A model generated the notes under the pieces. It was not told the origin of the DNA and did no database searches. It worked only from the letters and a program-made list of their open reading frames with translations. From positions 2,144,001-2,208,000 of the forward strand of contig CAVUSO010000001.1 in assembly GCA_963744145.1 (NCBI GenBank): DNA of 64,000 nt. The letters run 5' to 3'. The position numbers were made by a program, and so were the translations under genes. Shown here piece by piece: positions 30,388-42,269 of this stretch. The stretch's first letter is position 1. Each line of letters starts with the position of its first letter. This stretch comes from an uncultured cyanobacterium. GTDB lineage: Bacteria; Cyanobacteriota; Cyanobacteriia; Cyanobacteriales; CAWUOF01.

Positions 30388-32943
30388 TTATTTTTCCAGA
30401 TATTCCCCGGAAGTAATGTTGGTAACTTCGTCTAGTTCCTGCTCTTGATCGACGAAATTTTGGACATAAGTTTGATATTTTTTTAGATTTTGCTCTACCT
30501 CATCGCGATCGTCACCATTAGCAAAAATATGTACTAGCGGTTCACCAGCATCGGGCAAAATTAAGATCCAGTTATCAAAGGATTGGTTAAATATCTTCAC
30601 CCCATCAACCAACTCCAACCGTTCCGCTGGATGAGTTTCTACTAAATGACGCATTAAAGCACCCTTAACTGTCCAGGGACAACGGACCGTATAACTCCGA
30701 TGCCAAACATGGGGTAAATCAACGCAAATTTGACCAATAGAACGCTCTTGGATCGTCAACATTTCAATTAACTTAGCCACACAGAACATCGCATCAAATC
30801 CAGGATGTAATTGGGGAAAAATAAAGCCCGTTTCCGCGCTACCACCTAAAACCACATTGGGATGACTGTGACAAGTTTCCATTAAGGCTGCTGGATTTGC
30901 CTTAGTCCGAATTACACTAGCATTATAACGACGTGCTACATTTTCCACCGCACTCGAAGTCTGTACCGGTACTACCACTGCTGCACGGGGATGAGCAACC
31001 AGAACCATATTCACCATCAAAGCAGTTAATCTTTCTCCACGAATGGCGATTCCTGCTTCATCAACTACGATTAACTGTTCTCCATTAGCTGATATTTGGA
31101 CTCCAAAATTAGCTTTGAGAGCTTCAACTACATGACCAAGTTGAATCAGCAAACCTTCCCTTTCCGCTGATGAAGGTAAACTTTGATTGAGACTGGCATT
31201 AAGTACCACCGCATCAGCCCCAAATTTGTCTAAAAGCTGGGGAAGGATTGCTCCAGAAACTGCATAAACATAATCAATTACCACCTTAGCGCCACTATGA
31301 CGAATTGCCTCTACATTTAGATGACGCTCAAAAGCGCGGGCATAAATTTCCAGAATTTGGCTGGGGTAAGCCATATTGCCAATTTCGTCAATTTGAGCCC
31401 GTCGAATATCTTCTTTGAAATAAGCACCTTCTATTTTTTTCTCACGGGCTTTGGTAATATTGATTCCCTTATTATCTAAAAATTCAATCAGGATATAATC
31501 AGGGCGATCGGGATGAACTCGAGCATGAATTGCACCAGCGATCGATAAGGTCGGAATAATAGTCCGAGCAATAGGAATGGATGTAGCTTCCAGGTTATGG
31601 ACATTAATCCCCACGGACATTAAACCTGCGACTAAAGACCGAGAAACCATCCGGGAGATTCCTCTTTGGTCGCGGGAAACAGCGACATGAGAACCTGGTT
31701 TTAAAGTCGATCCGTAGGCAGCTCCTAATTTGACCGCGAATTCTGGGGTAATATCTATATTCGCTAATCCACTGACTCCGCGCTGACCGAATAAATTGCG
31801 ATGAGCTGTGTGTCCCCAGATTAAATTGATATTTAAAATCGCGCCAGATTCCACTTCTTTACTGGGCCACACCCGCACTCCTGGACTAATTTGGGCTTCT
31901 TCCCCCACACGGGACAGAGACCCAACCACCGCTCCTTCCATCACATGGGCACGGCGATCGACCCGAGTACCACGGGAAATCACACAAGCTCGCAGATTAA
32001 CTTCTTCAGCAATTACTGCTCCATTCCAGATAATTGGGCGTTTCAAATCTGCATCTGCGCCGATCGTGACATTATCACCTATCACTGTTCCTGCTTCGAT
32101 TCTAACTCGCGGTCCAATGCGACAATTACTACCAATTAAAGCAGGGGCTTGAATCCGAGCGGTATTATCAATCCAGGTATTTTGACCTACCCATAGACCA
32201 GGAGAACGTTGGTCATAAGCAAAATTGAGTTTTACTTTACCAGCCAAAGCATCATACTGGGCTTCTCGATAGGCATCTAAATGACCAACATCACACCAAT
32301 ATCCGGAACCGACATAACCATACATTGGTTCATTTTCTTCTAGCAGTAAAGGAAATAAGTCTTTAGAAAAATCAGATTCTTGATTAGCTGGTAAATACTC
32401 TAATACTTCTGGTTCGAGGATATAGGTGCCAGTGTTGACCGTATCAGAAAAAATTTCACTAGGAGAGGGTTTTTCTAAAAATCGCTTAATCCTGCCACTT
32501 TTATCAGTAATCACCACACCAAATTCAATCGGATTGGGAACATGGGCCAAAATCAGAGTAGCTTTTGACCGCATTTGTTTGTGAAATTTAATCGCAGTAG
32601 TTAAATCAAAATCAGTGACACTATCACCACTAATAACTAAGAAGGTAGTATTGAGGAGTTCGGCCACATTTTTCACACACCCTGCGGTTCCTAGTGGTTG
32701 ATCTTCTTCCACTGCATAGGTGATCTGGACACCAAAGTCATTACCATCTTGGAAATAGTCTCGCATGACATCTGGTAGATAATGCAAGGTGGCAATTACT
32801 TCAGTAATATGATGTTTTTTCAATAGATTGATAATATGTTCAACGATGGGACGATTCAAAATAGGCACCATCGGTTTGGGCAGATCGCTGGTCAGAGGTC
32901 TGAGTCGCGTTCCCGATCCACCGGCCATTAATACTGCTCGCAT
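30388..32943 (-). CDS. Mannose-1-phosphate guanylyltransferase / phosphomannomutase-like fusion
   Basis: [17 protein letters not shown] nucleotidyltransferase motif, hexapeptide repeats, C-terminal PGM/PMM-like domains. Confidence 0.9.
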   Translation of the reverse strand: MRAVLMAGGSGTRLRPLTSDLPKPMVPILNRPIVEHIINLLKKHHITEVIATLHYLPDVMRDYFQDGNDFGVQITYAVEEDQPLGTAGCVKNVAELLNTTFLVISGDSVTDFDLTTAIKFHKQMRSKATLILAHVPNPIEFGVVITDKSGRIKRFLEKPSPSEIFSDTVNTGTYILEPEVLEYLPANQESDFSKDLFPLLLEENEPMYGYVGSGYWCDVGHLDAYREAQYDALAGKVKLNFAYDQRSPGLWVGQNTWIDNTARIQAPALIGSNCRIGPRVRIEAGTVIGDNVTIGADADLKRPIIWNGAVIAEEVNLRACVISRGTRVDRRAHVMEGAVVGSLSRVGEEAQISPGVRVWPSKEVESGAILNINLIWGHTAHRNLFGQRGVSGLANIDITPEFAVKLGAAYGSTLKPGSHVAVSRDQRGISRMVSRSLVAGLMSVGINVHNLEATSIPIARTIIPTLSIAGAIHARVHPDRPDYILIEFLDNKGINITKAREKKIEGAYFKEDIRRAQIDEIGNMAYPSQILEIYARAFERHLNVEAIRHSGAKVVIDYVYAVSGAILPQLLDKFGADAVVLNASLNQSLPSSAEREGLLIQLGHVVEALKANFGVQISANGEQLIVVDEAGIAIRGERLTALMVNMVLVAHPRAAVVVPVQTSSAVENVARRYNASVIRTKANPAALMETCHSHPNVVLGGSAETGFIFPQLHPGFDAMFCVAKLIEMLTIQERSIGQICVDLPHVWHRSYTVRCPWTVKGALMRHLVETHPAERLELVDGVKIFNQSFDNWILILPDAGEPLVHIFANGDDRDEVEQNLKKYQTYVQNFVDQEQELDEVTNITSGEYLEK

Positions 32944-33293
32944 ACTTCCTCCTTCCCTATCTCCACGTATTTGTTAGATTTTGGCAGACGATTTTTAACG
33001 AATAATCCCTGTTTCACAAGTCTGGTTTTTGTCGGTTAGACTAGGAGAAACCTAAATACTTCCGTTATTAGCCCGATTTTTAATCTTAACCGATAGGTTT
33101 CAGTAGCATCTATTCGGTAGATTAACGTACACTTGAATAGTAGACGAAGATGAAATTCTGTTTTTAATCAGCTAAAAGTTTTCTGGTGAGGTGGTGTGAG
33201 TCAAGTTTACTAGATTTTTCTAATCTATCTGTTGTACCTGGTTTTACCCTCATTGGTCAGTTCTATCTTGTCAGTCTTTTGGAAATATCGATT

Positions 33294-33482
33294 ATGACAC
33301 CGTTAATTATCTTACTTTTGCTGGTAGGTTATGGAATTGGGTTCTGGAAATTTTGGGCAGGATTCCATCGGACTAGTTTTACCCGAAGTCTATCCAATCG
33401 GATCATTTTTTCCCTATTTTGGCCATTTTTGCTGGTGAATAAACCTTATCGTCAGAATTTTCAAAAGGCTCTGAAGGGGTAA
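33294..33482 (+). CDS. Small membrane protein
   Basis: ATG at 33294; two hydrophobic segments; resembles small conserved cyanobacterial ORFs. Confidence 0.6.
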   Translation: MTPLIILLLLVGYGIGFWKFWAGFHRTSFTRSLSNRIIFSLFWPFLLVNKPYRQNFQKALKG

Positions 33483-33534
33483 TTAGCAGTAGTCAAAATA
33501 CCTAGATTTACCTAAATTAACATGGTAAATTCTC

Positions 33535-33658
33535 GACCTAACCCCCCAGCCCCCTTCCCTTGCAGGGAAGGGGGAGTAATTAAGATGATTATATGGGAGA
33601 TTTAATCAGCTTAATCCTACTCCCCTTTCCTCTTAGGAGAGGGGTTGGGGGAGAGGTC
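33535..33658. repeat. GC-rich double-hairpin dispersed repeat between convergent genes
   Basis: GACCTAACCCCCCAGCCCCCTTCCC...GGGAAGGGGGAG with an inverted partner ending GGGGTTGGGGGAGAGGTC. Confidence 0.75.
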
Positions 33659-33747
33659 AATTGTTTGGGCAGTAAAATAGCCAAGGGGGACTTTTGATGA
33701 TTTCCACCAACAAAAAGACGCTTTGCTAATCAATTGCTCAGTCTAGT

Positions 33748-35226
33748 TCAAGGTAGATCACTACTACCCATAAGATAGAGGTCACACTCACGAGCTGCTC
33801 CTCGACCTTCATTAAAAGCCCAAACTACTAGACTTTGACCACGACGACAGTCACCTGCGGCAAAAACACCAGGAATACTGGTAGCATATTTGCCATAATC
33901 AGCTTTGACATTACTGCGTGGATCACGTTCAATTCCCAAAGCATCAAGGAGAGGTTGTTCTGGACCAAGAAATCCCATGGCTAACAATACTAGTTGGGCT
34001 GGTAAGACTTTTTCTGTACCAGGAATATGCTTGGGAATAAACTGACCTTTATCGTTTTTCTCCCATTGGACTTGGACGGTATGAACAGCTTTGACGTGAT
34101 TATTTTCATCACTCTCAAACTTAGTCGCAGTAGTGAGATAAACTCGCGGGTCTGACCCAAATTTAGCCGCAGCTTCTTCCTGACCATAGTCCATTTTATA
34201 AACTTTCGGCCATTCTGGCCAAGGATTATCCGCAGCACGTTGGGATGGTGGTTGAGGAAGGATTTCTAATTGGACTAAACTTTTACAACCATGACGAATT
34301 GAGGTGCCAACACAGTCTGTTCCGGTATCACCACCACCAATGATGACTACATCTTTACCTTGAGCCGAGATAAAATTACTACTTTGATCCAGAATTGCTT
34401 TGGTGTTAGCACCAAGAAACTCCATCGCGAAATGAATTCCCTGTAATTGTCTTCCTTCAATGGGCAGATCGCGAGGTCGGGTAGCTCCAGTACAAAGTAA
34501 CACTGCATCAAATTCTTTCAGTAAATTCTCAGCCGGAAAATCTTTGCCAACTTCAGTATTACAGATAAATTTCACACCTTCGGCTTGGAGAATATTTAGT
34601 CGTCGGAGGACGACTTTCTCCTTATCAAGTTTCATGTTAGGAATACCATACATGAGCAATCCACCTGGGCGATCGGCTCGTTCAAATACGGTGACCCAAT
34701 GACCTGCTTGATTAAGTTGGGCTGCTGCTGATAATCCAGCTGGACCAGAACCAATAATGGCAACTTTTTTCCCAGTACGTTGAGTGGGTACTTTAGGAGT
34801 GATCCAACCTTCTTCCCAACCTTTTTCAATAATCGAATATTCAATATTCTTAATTGTCACAGGTGGGTTGTTGATTCCTAAGACACAAGAACCTTCACAG
34901 GGAGCGGGACAAACACGACCTGTGAATTCAGGAAAGTTATTAGTTTTATGAAGACGATCTAGGGCTTCTGACCACAATCCGCGATATACTAGATCATTCC
35001 ATTCGGGAATTAGGTTATTGATGGGACAACCACTAGCCATCCCACTGATGATTGTACCAGTGTGGCAAAAAGGCGTGCCGCAGTCCATACAGCGTGCCCC
35101 CTGAGTCCGGAGTTTGTCGTTCTCCATGTGGACGTGGAACTCATCCCAGTTGTGGATGCGATCGAGGGGTGCTAGTTCAGATGGTAACTCGCGAGCATAT
35201 TCGATAAAGCCGGTCGGTTTTCCCAT
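33748..35226 (-). CDS. gltD: Glutamate synthase small subunit (NADH-GOGAT type)
   Basis: MGKPTGF start; [48 protein letters not shown]. Confidence 0.96.
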   Translation of the reverse strand: MGKPTGFIEYARELPSELAPLDRIHNWDEFHVHMENDKLRTQGARCMDCGTPFCHTGTIISGMASGCPINNLIPEWNDLVYRGLWSEALDRLHKTNNFPEFTGRVCPAPCEGSCVLGINNPPVTIKNIEYSIIEKGWEEGWITPKVPTQRTGKKVAIIGSGPAGLSAAAQLNQAGHWVTVFERADRPGGLLMYGIPNMKLDKEKVVLRRLNILQAEGVKFICNTEVGKDFPAENLLKEFDAVLLCTGATRPRDLPIEGRQLQGIHFAMEFLGANTKAILDQSSNFISAQGKDVVIIGGGDTGTDCVGTSIRHGCKSLVQLEILPQPPSQRAADNPWPEWPKVYKMDYGQEEAAAKFGSDPRVYLTTATKFESDENNHVKAVHTVQVQWEKNDKGQFIPKHIPGTEKVLPAQLVLLAMGFLGPEQPLLDALGIERDPRSNVKADYGKYATSIPGVFAAGDCRRGQSLVVWAFNEGRGAARECDLYLMGSSDLP

Positions 35227-35567
35227 AGTTGTACCTCAATTGAAGGTTATATCAGTTGTCACTGGAATTATCGTACTAAGGCTTTTAGTATAGAATTGAC
35301 TCTTTTCCTTTGTCTCTTTGTTGGTGATAATTGAGCATTAATGCTTGCATATCCCCTTGCCAATTGATGCTATTCCCGTTTGTTTAATATACCGTTTTGG
35401 TGTTCATCTGGGAACATTGATAATTTCCTTAATTATCTTTTAAGAAATTTTTGACCAAATCTCCGGTTGATCTCCGTCGTTCCCTCCTGTTAATTTGTGC
35501 TAATCTTGACCAGAATTGATGTTTATGCGATCGATTGTTGACAAAGTGCGATCGCCTGAAAGTCGGT

Positions 35568-36056
35568 TTAATGATGCAAGTGGATGAGTGATTTTCCCAT
35601 TAGATAATTAGTCAAGCTTACTCCTCGACAATAAACTTGTTGTTTCTGAAGCACAGTAAATCCCATCTGTGCAAAAAATGGTTTTGCGGTAATACTTGCT
35701 TCTGTAAATAGTCCTTTTAGATGTAAATATAATGCTTTTCGTTCAATTTGTTGATAGATGAGACGACCTACTCCGCAACGTTGGTAGTTTTTGTGACAAT
35801 AAAAGCACCCAATATGACCATTAGCTTCTAATTCTCCGAAACCAAGAATTAAACCATTTTGATCAGCAATATAAGTAAATCGGGTAGCACAAATTTTCGC
35901 CCAGTTTCTAAAATAGATATTATTTGGTGCCCAAGCTTCTACCTGTTGATTTGAGTAATCTTGGATATTAATTTCATGAACTGTGTCGTGAAATAATTGT
36001 GCGATCTGCTCTACATCCTGGAGCTGAAATAAACGTATTTCCATTTTTCTCCTCAT
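35568..36056 (-). CDS. GNAT acetyltransferase (YafP-like)
   Basis: DYSNQQVEAWA, YQRCGVG, EASITAKPFF. Confidence 0.88.
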   Translation of the reverse strand: MRRKMEIRLFQLQDVEQIAQLFHDTVHEINIQDYSNQQVEAWAPNNIYFRNWAKICATRFTYIADQNGLILGFGELEANGHIGCFYCHKNYQRCGVGRLIYQQIERKALYLHLKGLFTEASITAKPFFAQMGFTVLQKQQVYCRGVSLTNYLMGKSLIHLHH

Positions 36057-36284
36057 CTAAATACTTGTCACAGCGATCGCTTGAGCAGATTTACTTATAA
36101 TGGCGATCGCGACCCAGAATTGACGAATAAAGAAAAATATCTGACCACTCTAGACACTTGGCTCAGAAGCAGGTTATAGTAAAAATATGACGGCAAAAGA
36201 ATATATCTGGCTGTGATTCGCTGACAGCCTTGGGTGCATCTACTTAATCTATTTCAGCCTAGTTTTTCCGTAAAAATACTGAAG

Positions 36285-39200
36285 ATGAAATTAATCAAGG
36301 TGCTCCTAGCTGCGCTGCCAATTTCTGCGGCGATCGCTAGTTTCAACGCGATCGCTCAACCAATCATTTCGGCTGGTGATACTCATACAGTCGTTAACCG
36401 CAACGGTAATAATTTTAATATCAATGGCGGAGAATTGTCAAGCGATCGAACTAATCTGTTTCACAACTTTACTAAATTTAATCTCCCAACAGGACAAATC
36501 GCCAACTTTCAATCCCAACCCCAGATTCAGAATATTCTCAGTATTATTACTGGGGGAAATGTTTCCCAGATCAACGGTTTAATCAAAGTCACAGGTGGTA
36601 ACTCCCACCTGTTTTTAATTAATCCCAGTGGTCTCATCTTTGGTCCCAATGCCAGTTTAAATGTCCCCGCTTCTTTCACAGCAACCACTGCCGAGCGCCT
36701 CGGATTTGGCCCGAACTGGTTAAACACCAAGGGTAATAATAACTATTCCTTATTAAATAGCAATCCTCAAGCTTTTGCTTTTACTACATCTGAAGTCGGA
36801 AGTATTATTAATCAAGGCAACTTAACTCTCGTACCAGGACAAAATCTCACCTTATTAGGTGGAACTGTGATCAGCACCGGGAATTTAGTTGCACCCCAAG
36901 GAGAAATTACCGTTGCGGCAATTCCTGGTTCGAGTCAAGTCAGAATTAATCAAGCTCATCATGTTTTAAGTTTAGAAGTCCAGCCACCCACGACCTCATC
37001 CGGAACTACCACAGCAGCGCTATTACCCCAATTACTAACAGGTGGAAATGTGAGTAGTGCTAGCAAATTAATGGTTAATCCCAATGGCACAGTGCAGTTA
37101 ACTGGTTCAGGATTAGCAGTCGAGAATGGAGATGTAGTAGTCCAACAAGTACAGGGAAAAACTGCAACTCTCGCAGCCAACCATAATCTCACTTTAGTAG
37201 AAAGTCAACTTCAGACCAATGGAGACTTAAATCTGTTAGCTGGAGCAACAGTCAGAATTAGAGATAGTGTCAGTAAAGCATTCACAGCACAAGCAGGGGG
37301 AAACTTAATAATTCGCGGTAATCAAGGGATTGATATTCTTGCCCTCAATCATCCCGAAACACCCTTACAAAGTGGGGGAGATTTAACTTTAATTAGCGCT
37401 GGAAAAATTTCAGGAGATGCACACTATAGCACTAATGGTAATTTTAGTATTCAGAATCTAGCGGAAGGAGCGGGAGATTTTTTCAGTCTACATGATCCAG
37501 TAATTACCTCCGATGGAGATGTGACATTTGGGAATTATATAGGGGTATCACTGAAAGTAGTTGCAGGGGGAGATATTACGACCGGAAATATTACTATTAA
37601 TGGAATTGATCCAACTTTAAATCCTACCAATCCAGTAGTAATATTACACGCCGGAGTGACCAGCACAACTGATAATCGGACTTTCCCCTATACAGATGTT
37701 GCGTCAGGAACAACTTTTAATAAAAATACCCCAGCATCATCAGGAAATATTACGGTCGGGAATATTTCGACAACATCAGGTTTGCCATTACAGATAGATT
37801 TAGCAGCTAATGGTAATATTACAACTCAGGCAATTACCACGGGTGGTGGAAATATTAGCCTCAATAGTAATAATGGGATAGATACAAGTGCTGGTACATT
37901 AGACTCTACATCTGCTAGTGGTAATGGTGGTAGTATTAGCCTGACTGCTACTAATAATATTATTACTGGTAACATCAACTCTGGTGGGAACCCAAATGGC
38001 GGAGATATTACTTTAATTAGTAGTAATGGTACAATTGACACTAGCTTAGGCAGTTTATCCTCTATCGGTTATCCCGTTGTCTGTTTTCCTTCTTGTAATG
38101 CTGGAAATATAAGTTTACTTAGTAGTAATGGTAGTATTGATACCGGTGATATAGATGCTCAGTCTTCACAGGGTTATAACAACGGCGCTATCACTATTAC
38201 TACTAAGGGTAATATTACTACTAGGTCGCTACTCGGTGGAAATATTAGTCTTAACAGCAATGGTGGTGATATCAATAGCATAGCTGATACTATGGGAAGG
38301 TTTAGTAGTATCGACATTGATGCTACCGGAGGAAAGAATTCTGGTAGCGTTTACCTCAATGCCACCGGTAATATTACCATTGGAAATATCGAGACATTTG
38401 GTACCTTTGATAATGGTGGCAATATCACTCTTCATAGTGGTGGAAATATCATTGCACAATTGCTAGATTCTTATTTGTTTGTTGGGATTGGTACTGGTGG
38501 AGATATTACCTTAACTGCCAATGGTAATATTACTACTGGGGCGATTTCCGCGCAAGGCTATCTAAGTGGTGGAAATATTAATCTTAATAGCAATAATGTA
38601 ATTAATACGACTACTGGCAGTCTAAATGCTAGTTCAACGAATAGTAATGGTGGTATAATTAACCTGATTGCTACTAATAATATTATTACCAATCAGCTCA
38701 ATTCTAGTGGAAAACTAAATGGTGGGAATATAAATTTAATTAGTAATCTGGGTAGCATCAATACCACAGGTGGAATTCTCAATGCTGCTGGAGGCATAAA
38801 TGGTGGTAGTGTTAACCTTAATGCTTTAGGTAATATTAGCACTGGCAATATCACTACCATTGTTACTGGTTTTGGTGGCAATAGTGGTAGTATTACCGTC
38901 AAAAGTAATAGCGGTAATATCGATAGCACTTCTAGTCCACTGATTACTGCTTCTGCACTTGGTAATGGTGGCAATATAACTCTTAATGCGCCTAATGGTC
39001 AGTTAGCAATTAAAGATATTAATGCTGTTTCATTAGCTAATAATGGCGGACAGATTACTCTGAGTGCAAGTGGCTCAAGTACAGCAAGTGGAAATATTGC
39101 TACTAATAATCAAAATCTTACCATTGATGCTCCATTAGTTCTAGCAGGAAATTTAGCTTTTACTAACGCTGGGACAGGGCAAATTACGATTAACAACACC

Positions 39201-41966
39201 GTCGATGGAAATTATAATTTAACTCTTCAAACTGGAAGTAATTCAGTTGAGTTAAATAATTTTATTGGCGCAACAACACCTCTTAATAATCTCAATGTTC
39301 AAGGTGATATTACTACCACATCAACCGCCGGAATAAATATCAGAACCACCAATAATATAATGACTACTGGTAATATTACCTCTGCACCCGGAATTTCGTT
39401 GGTTAGCACTAATGGTAGTATTCTTACAAATACCCTAGATTCTTCAAATTCTAGTAATGCAGGTAATATTACTTTGTATGCAAATAACAATATTAATCTA
39501 ACTCAAATTAATGCTCAAAGTCTTGGCGGTGGGATGGGAGGTAATGTTGATATTACGACTAACAAATTTTTCCAAGCTACGGGTTCTTTCAATGATATTA
39601 ATGGGATCAATGCGAGTATTTCCACTGCTGGTGCAGCTAATGGTGGCACGAGTATAATCAGGCACGGTGGACAAGGAATTACACCGTTTATAGTGGGCGA
39701 TTCTAGCATAAATGGTACTGCGGCAGCAATTACTAGAGGAAATGCGGCACCAGTGCAAACGATTTCACCAACAGCATCCTATCTGAATACCTATACTCAG
39801 GACTCAAATCAACTGCAAATTATATCTGTGCCAGCACCAGTTATACCTCCCGCACCAGTACCCGCACCAGTACCCGCACCAGTACCCGTACCAGTACCCG
39901 TACCAGTACCTGCACCAGTACCCGTACCAGTAGCAGTTTCTCCATCAGCACCATTTCCTCTGAATTCTAACCCTGGGCCTACTTCTAATTCTACCGCTAC
40001 TATTACTTCTAATTCTAACTCTGGGTCTATTACTAATATTTCTCACTCTGGCACTGTTACTAATTCTCAGTCTGCTAATAACTCTGGTGACATGACAAAT
40101 GCTAATCTTAACATTGGCACAACTAATACAAATACGACCTCCAGCTCAACCACAAATACTAACTTAGTAGCAACTAACTCGACCATAAGCACCTCTATCC
40201 CAACAACTACTTCTAATGCAAATCTTAGTCAAAATTCTATTCCAGTTGTTTCAGGAACAACGATTTCAAATTCAACACTTTCCATCAATACACCCCAAAA
40301 TAAATTTGAGGCTTTAGCTGATTTAATTGGTGATTTAATTGGTGCAAAAACTGATATTAATCGAAATTTAACAACCGGAGATTATAACTTTGTCTGGTCG
40401 ATTTCTAATCAACCGATTCTGACAATCGATACTAATTCATACCCAACCACAAGTACCCCATCAGCATCTAATCCTGTAAGTTCCACTTTCTCTGGACAAA
40501 TTTATACAGTACCATTACCAACTCAGCCAAATTCTAATCAATCATTGTCAACAGTAAACCCGATCGCACCACCAGTTAATTCCGAGCCGATCGCATCAAC
40601 TACAATTTCCCCAGCGATCGCACCAACTACAACTCCCCAAGCGATCGCATCAACCACAACTCCTCCAGCGATCGCACCTACCACAACTCCCCAAATCACC
40701 AATCTCCCCAACCTAGAAAGTGCCCGTCAAGCGATCGCAACCAGTCTAGATTCCGGTAACTTAGATACAGCGATCGCCCAAATTGAACAAGTATATACTA
40801 GCGAATATGAAAACAATTCATCTACCAATCACCCCCACAGCAAAGCTACTGCACAAGGAATTCGCGATACCCTTAAAACCATTGCGGCTCAAACTAAAAC
40901 TCATCCAGTGATTATCTATGCGATCGCCTATAAAGAGCATTTACAATTGTTATTAGTTGTGCCAGAAGGACCCCCAATTCTCAAAACCGTTCCCACGGCG
41001 AATCGTCAGCTTTTACTTAACACATTAGCAAAATTTCGTGAGCATATTACCGCTCCTAGTGAACGCAATACAAACAATTACTTAGCTCCGGCACAACAAC
41101 TTTATACCTGGCTAATTTCCCCACTCAAATCTGATCTTGATGCGCTCAAAGTCGATACCTTAATTTTTTCAATGGATGCGGGATTACGTCTGATTCCCTT
41201 AGCCGCTTTACAGGATGGTAAACAATTTTTAATTGAACAATATAGCTTGGGAATGATTCCTAGTGTCAGCTTAACTGATAGTCGCTATCAATCGCTTGAC
41301 CATCAACAAGTTTTAGCGATGGGAGCGAATAAATTTAAAACCCAAAGCGCCTTACCTTCAGTACCAACTGAACTAGCGACAATTACTCCCAAACTTTGGA
41401 AAGGTCAATCTTTTCTGAATGAAGATTTTACTTTAACTCATCTCAAATCTGCCCGGAACCACATCCCCTTTAAAATCCTTCATTTAGCAACCCATGCGGA
41501 ATTTGAACCAGGCAATTTAAGCAATTCCTATATTCAATTATGGGATACACGCTTAACCATCGATAAATTGCAAGAATTACAATGGAATGATCCAGAAGTA
41601 GAAATGCTGGTCTTAAGTGCTTGTCAAACCGCCGTGGGAGATGATAATGTCGAGTTAGGTTTTGCCGGATTAGCAGTACAAGCTGGAGTGAAATCGGCTG
41701 TAGCGAGTTTATGGTATGTCAGTGATGAAGGGACATTAGGATTAATGAGTGAGTTTTATCAACAACTGAAAACAGCCAAGATTAAAGCCGAAGCTCTCCG
41801 ACAAGCACAGTTAGGAATGCTCCATCGGAGAATTCAGATCAACAATGGCAAATTACATACCTCCTTTGGAGATCTTACCTTACCTCCAGAACTATCTCAT
41901 CTCAACAGTGATTTAGCTCATCCTTACTATTGGTCAGCCTTTACCATGATTGGTAGTCCTTGGTAA
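36285..41966 (+). CDS. Secreted TPS/filamentous-haemagglutinin-domain protein with C-terminal CHAT (caspase-like) domain, paralog 1
   Basis: Signal peptide from ATG 36285; NLFHNF and INPSGLIFGPNASL haemagglutination-activity domain; Gly/Asn repeats; Pro/Thr linker; CHAT motifs HLATHA, LSACQTA, SLWYVSD, HPYYWSAF. Confidence 0.92.
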   Translation: MKLIKVLLAALPISAAIASFNAIAQPIISAGDTHTVVNRNGNNFNINGGELSSDRTNLFHNFTKFNLPTGQIANFQSQPQIQNILSIITGGNVSQINGLIKVTGGNSHLFLINPSGLIFGPNASLNVPASFTATTAERLGFGPNWLNTKGNNNYSLLNSNPQAFAFTTSEVGSIINQGNLTLVPGQNLTLLGGTVISTGNLVAPQGEITVAAIPGSSQVRINQAHHVLSLEVQPPTTSSGTTTAALLPQLLTGGNVSSASKLMVNPNGTVQLTGSGLAVENGDVVVQQVQGKTATLAANHNLTLVESQLQTNGDLNLLAGATVRIRDSVSKAFTAQAGGNLIIRGNQGIDILALNHPETPLQSGGDLTLISAGKISGDAHYSTNGNFSIQNLAEGAGDFFSLHDPVITSDGDVTFGNYIGVSLKVVAGGDITTGNITINGIDPTLNPTNPVVILHAGVTSTTDNRTFPYTDVASGTTFNKNTPASSGNITVGNISTTSGLPLQIDLAANGNITTQAITTGGGNISLNSNNGIDTSAGTLDSTSASGNGGSISLTATNNIITGNINSGGNPNGGDITLISSNGTIDTSLGSLSSIGYPVVCFPSCNAGNISLLSSNGSIDTGDIDAQSSQGYNNGAITITTKGNITTRSLLGGNISLNSNGGDINSIADTMGRFSSIDIDATGGKNSGSVYLNATGNITIGNIETFGTFDNGGNITLHSGGNIIAQLLDSYLFVGIGTGGDITLTANGNITTGAISAQGYLSGGNINLNSNNVINTTTGSLNASSTNSNGGIINLIATNNIITNQLNSSGKLNGGNINLISNLGSINTTGGILNAAGGINGGSVNLNALGNISTGNITTIVTGFGGNSGSITVKSNSGNIDSTSSPLITASALGNGGNITLNAPNGQLAIKDINAVSLANNGGQITLSASGSSTASGNIATNNQNLTIDAPLVLAGNLAFTNAGTGQITINNTVDGNYNLTLQTGSNSVELNNFIGATTPLNNLNVQGDITTTSTAGINIRTTNNIMTTGNITSAPGISLVSTNGSILTNTLDSSNSSNAGNITLYANNNINLTQINAQSLGGGMGGNVDITTNKFFQATGSFNDINGINASISTAGAANGGTSIIRHGGQGITPFIVGDSSINGTAAAITRGNAAPVQTISPTASYLNTYTQDSNQLQIISVPAPVIPPAPVPAPVPAPVPVPVPVPVPAPVPVPVAVSPSAPFPLNSNPGPTSNSTATITSNSNSGSITNISHSGTVTNSQSANNSGDMTNANLNIGTTNTNTTSSSTTNTNLVATNSTISTSIPTTTSNANLSQNSIPVVSGTTISNSTLSINTPQNKFEALADLIGDLIGAKTDINRNLTTGDYNFVWSISNQPILTIDTNSYPTTSTPSASNPVSSTFSGQIYTVPLPTQPNSNQSLSTVNPIAPPVNSEPIASTTISPAIAPTTTPQAIASTTTPPAIAPTTTPQITNLPNLESARQAIATSLDSGNLDTAIAQIEQVYTSEYENNSSTNHPHSKATAQGIRDTLKTIAAQTKTHPVIIYAIAYKEHLQLLLVVPEGPPILKTVPTANRQLLLNTLAKFREHITAPSERNTNNYLAPAQQLYTWLISPLKSDLDALKVDTLIFSMDAGLRLIPLAALQDGKQFLIEQYSLGMIPSVSLTDSRYQSLDHQQVLAMGANKFKTQSALPSVPTELATITPKLWKGQSFLNEDFTLTHLKSARNHIPFKILHLATHAEFEPGNLSNSYIQLWDTRLTIDKLQELQWNDPEVEMLVLSACQTAVGDDNVELGFAGLAVQAGVKSAVASLWYVSDEGTLGLMSEFYQQLKTAKIKAEALRQAQLGMLHRRIQINNGKLHTSFGDLTLPPELSHLNSDLAHPYYWSAFTMIGSPW
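39830..39935 (+). repeat. 12-bp coding tandem repeat encoding a (PAPV/PVPV)n linker
   Basis: CCAGTACCCG(C/T)A units. Confidence 0.9.
40560..40695 (+). repeat. 27-bp coding tandem repeat anchored on HIP1 or HIP1-like sites
   Basis: (C/G)CGATCGC at 40560, 40587, 40614, 40641 and 40668. Confidence 0.85.
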
Positions 41967-42269
41967 ATCAGATGAATCGATACGACAAATTATCATAATG
42001 ATCAGGAGCGCTGACTGAAAACCAATCTATGGGTTGGTAATGCTAAATCTCTACTTTAGTCAGAAAAAAAGAGAGCTATGGTTTTTAGAACAGAATACTT
42101 ATTTTATTAGAGTTCAAATAAAATTTTCACCATTCTAGTCACTTTACTGAGCCGCAGGTTATAGTAAAAATGGAACTATAAAATAATCTGTCTGGCTGTG
42201 ATTCGCTGACAGCCTTGGGTGCATCTACTTAATCTATTTCAGCCTAGTTTTTCCGTAAAAATACTGAAG

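Noticed and set aside
33748..35226. gltD without an adjacent gltB, and glcEF without glcD
   Set aside because: Dispersal of these subunit genes is ordinary in cyanobacteria
35508..36123. CCAGAATTGA direct repeat and HIP1 pairs flanking the GNAT gene
   Set aside because: A 10-bp match and abundant HIP1 sites are too weak to call a cassette
36210..36230. GGCTGTGATTCGCTGACAGCC as a CRP-type site upstream of both CHAT genes
   Set aside because: The TGTGA/TGACA spacer is 5 bp rather than 6; only a short inverted repeat can be supported
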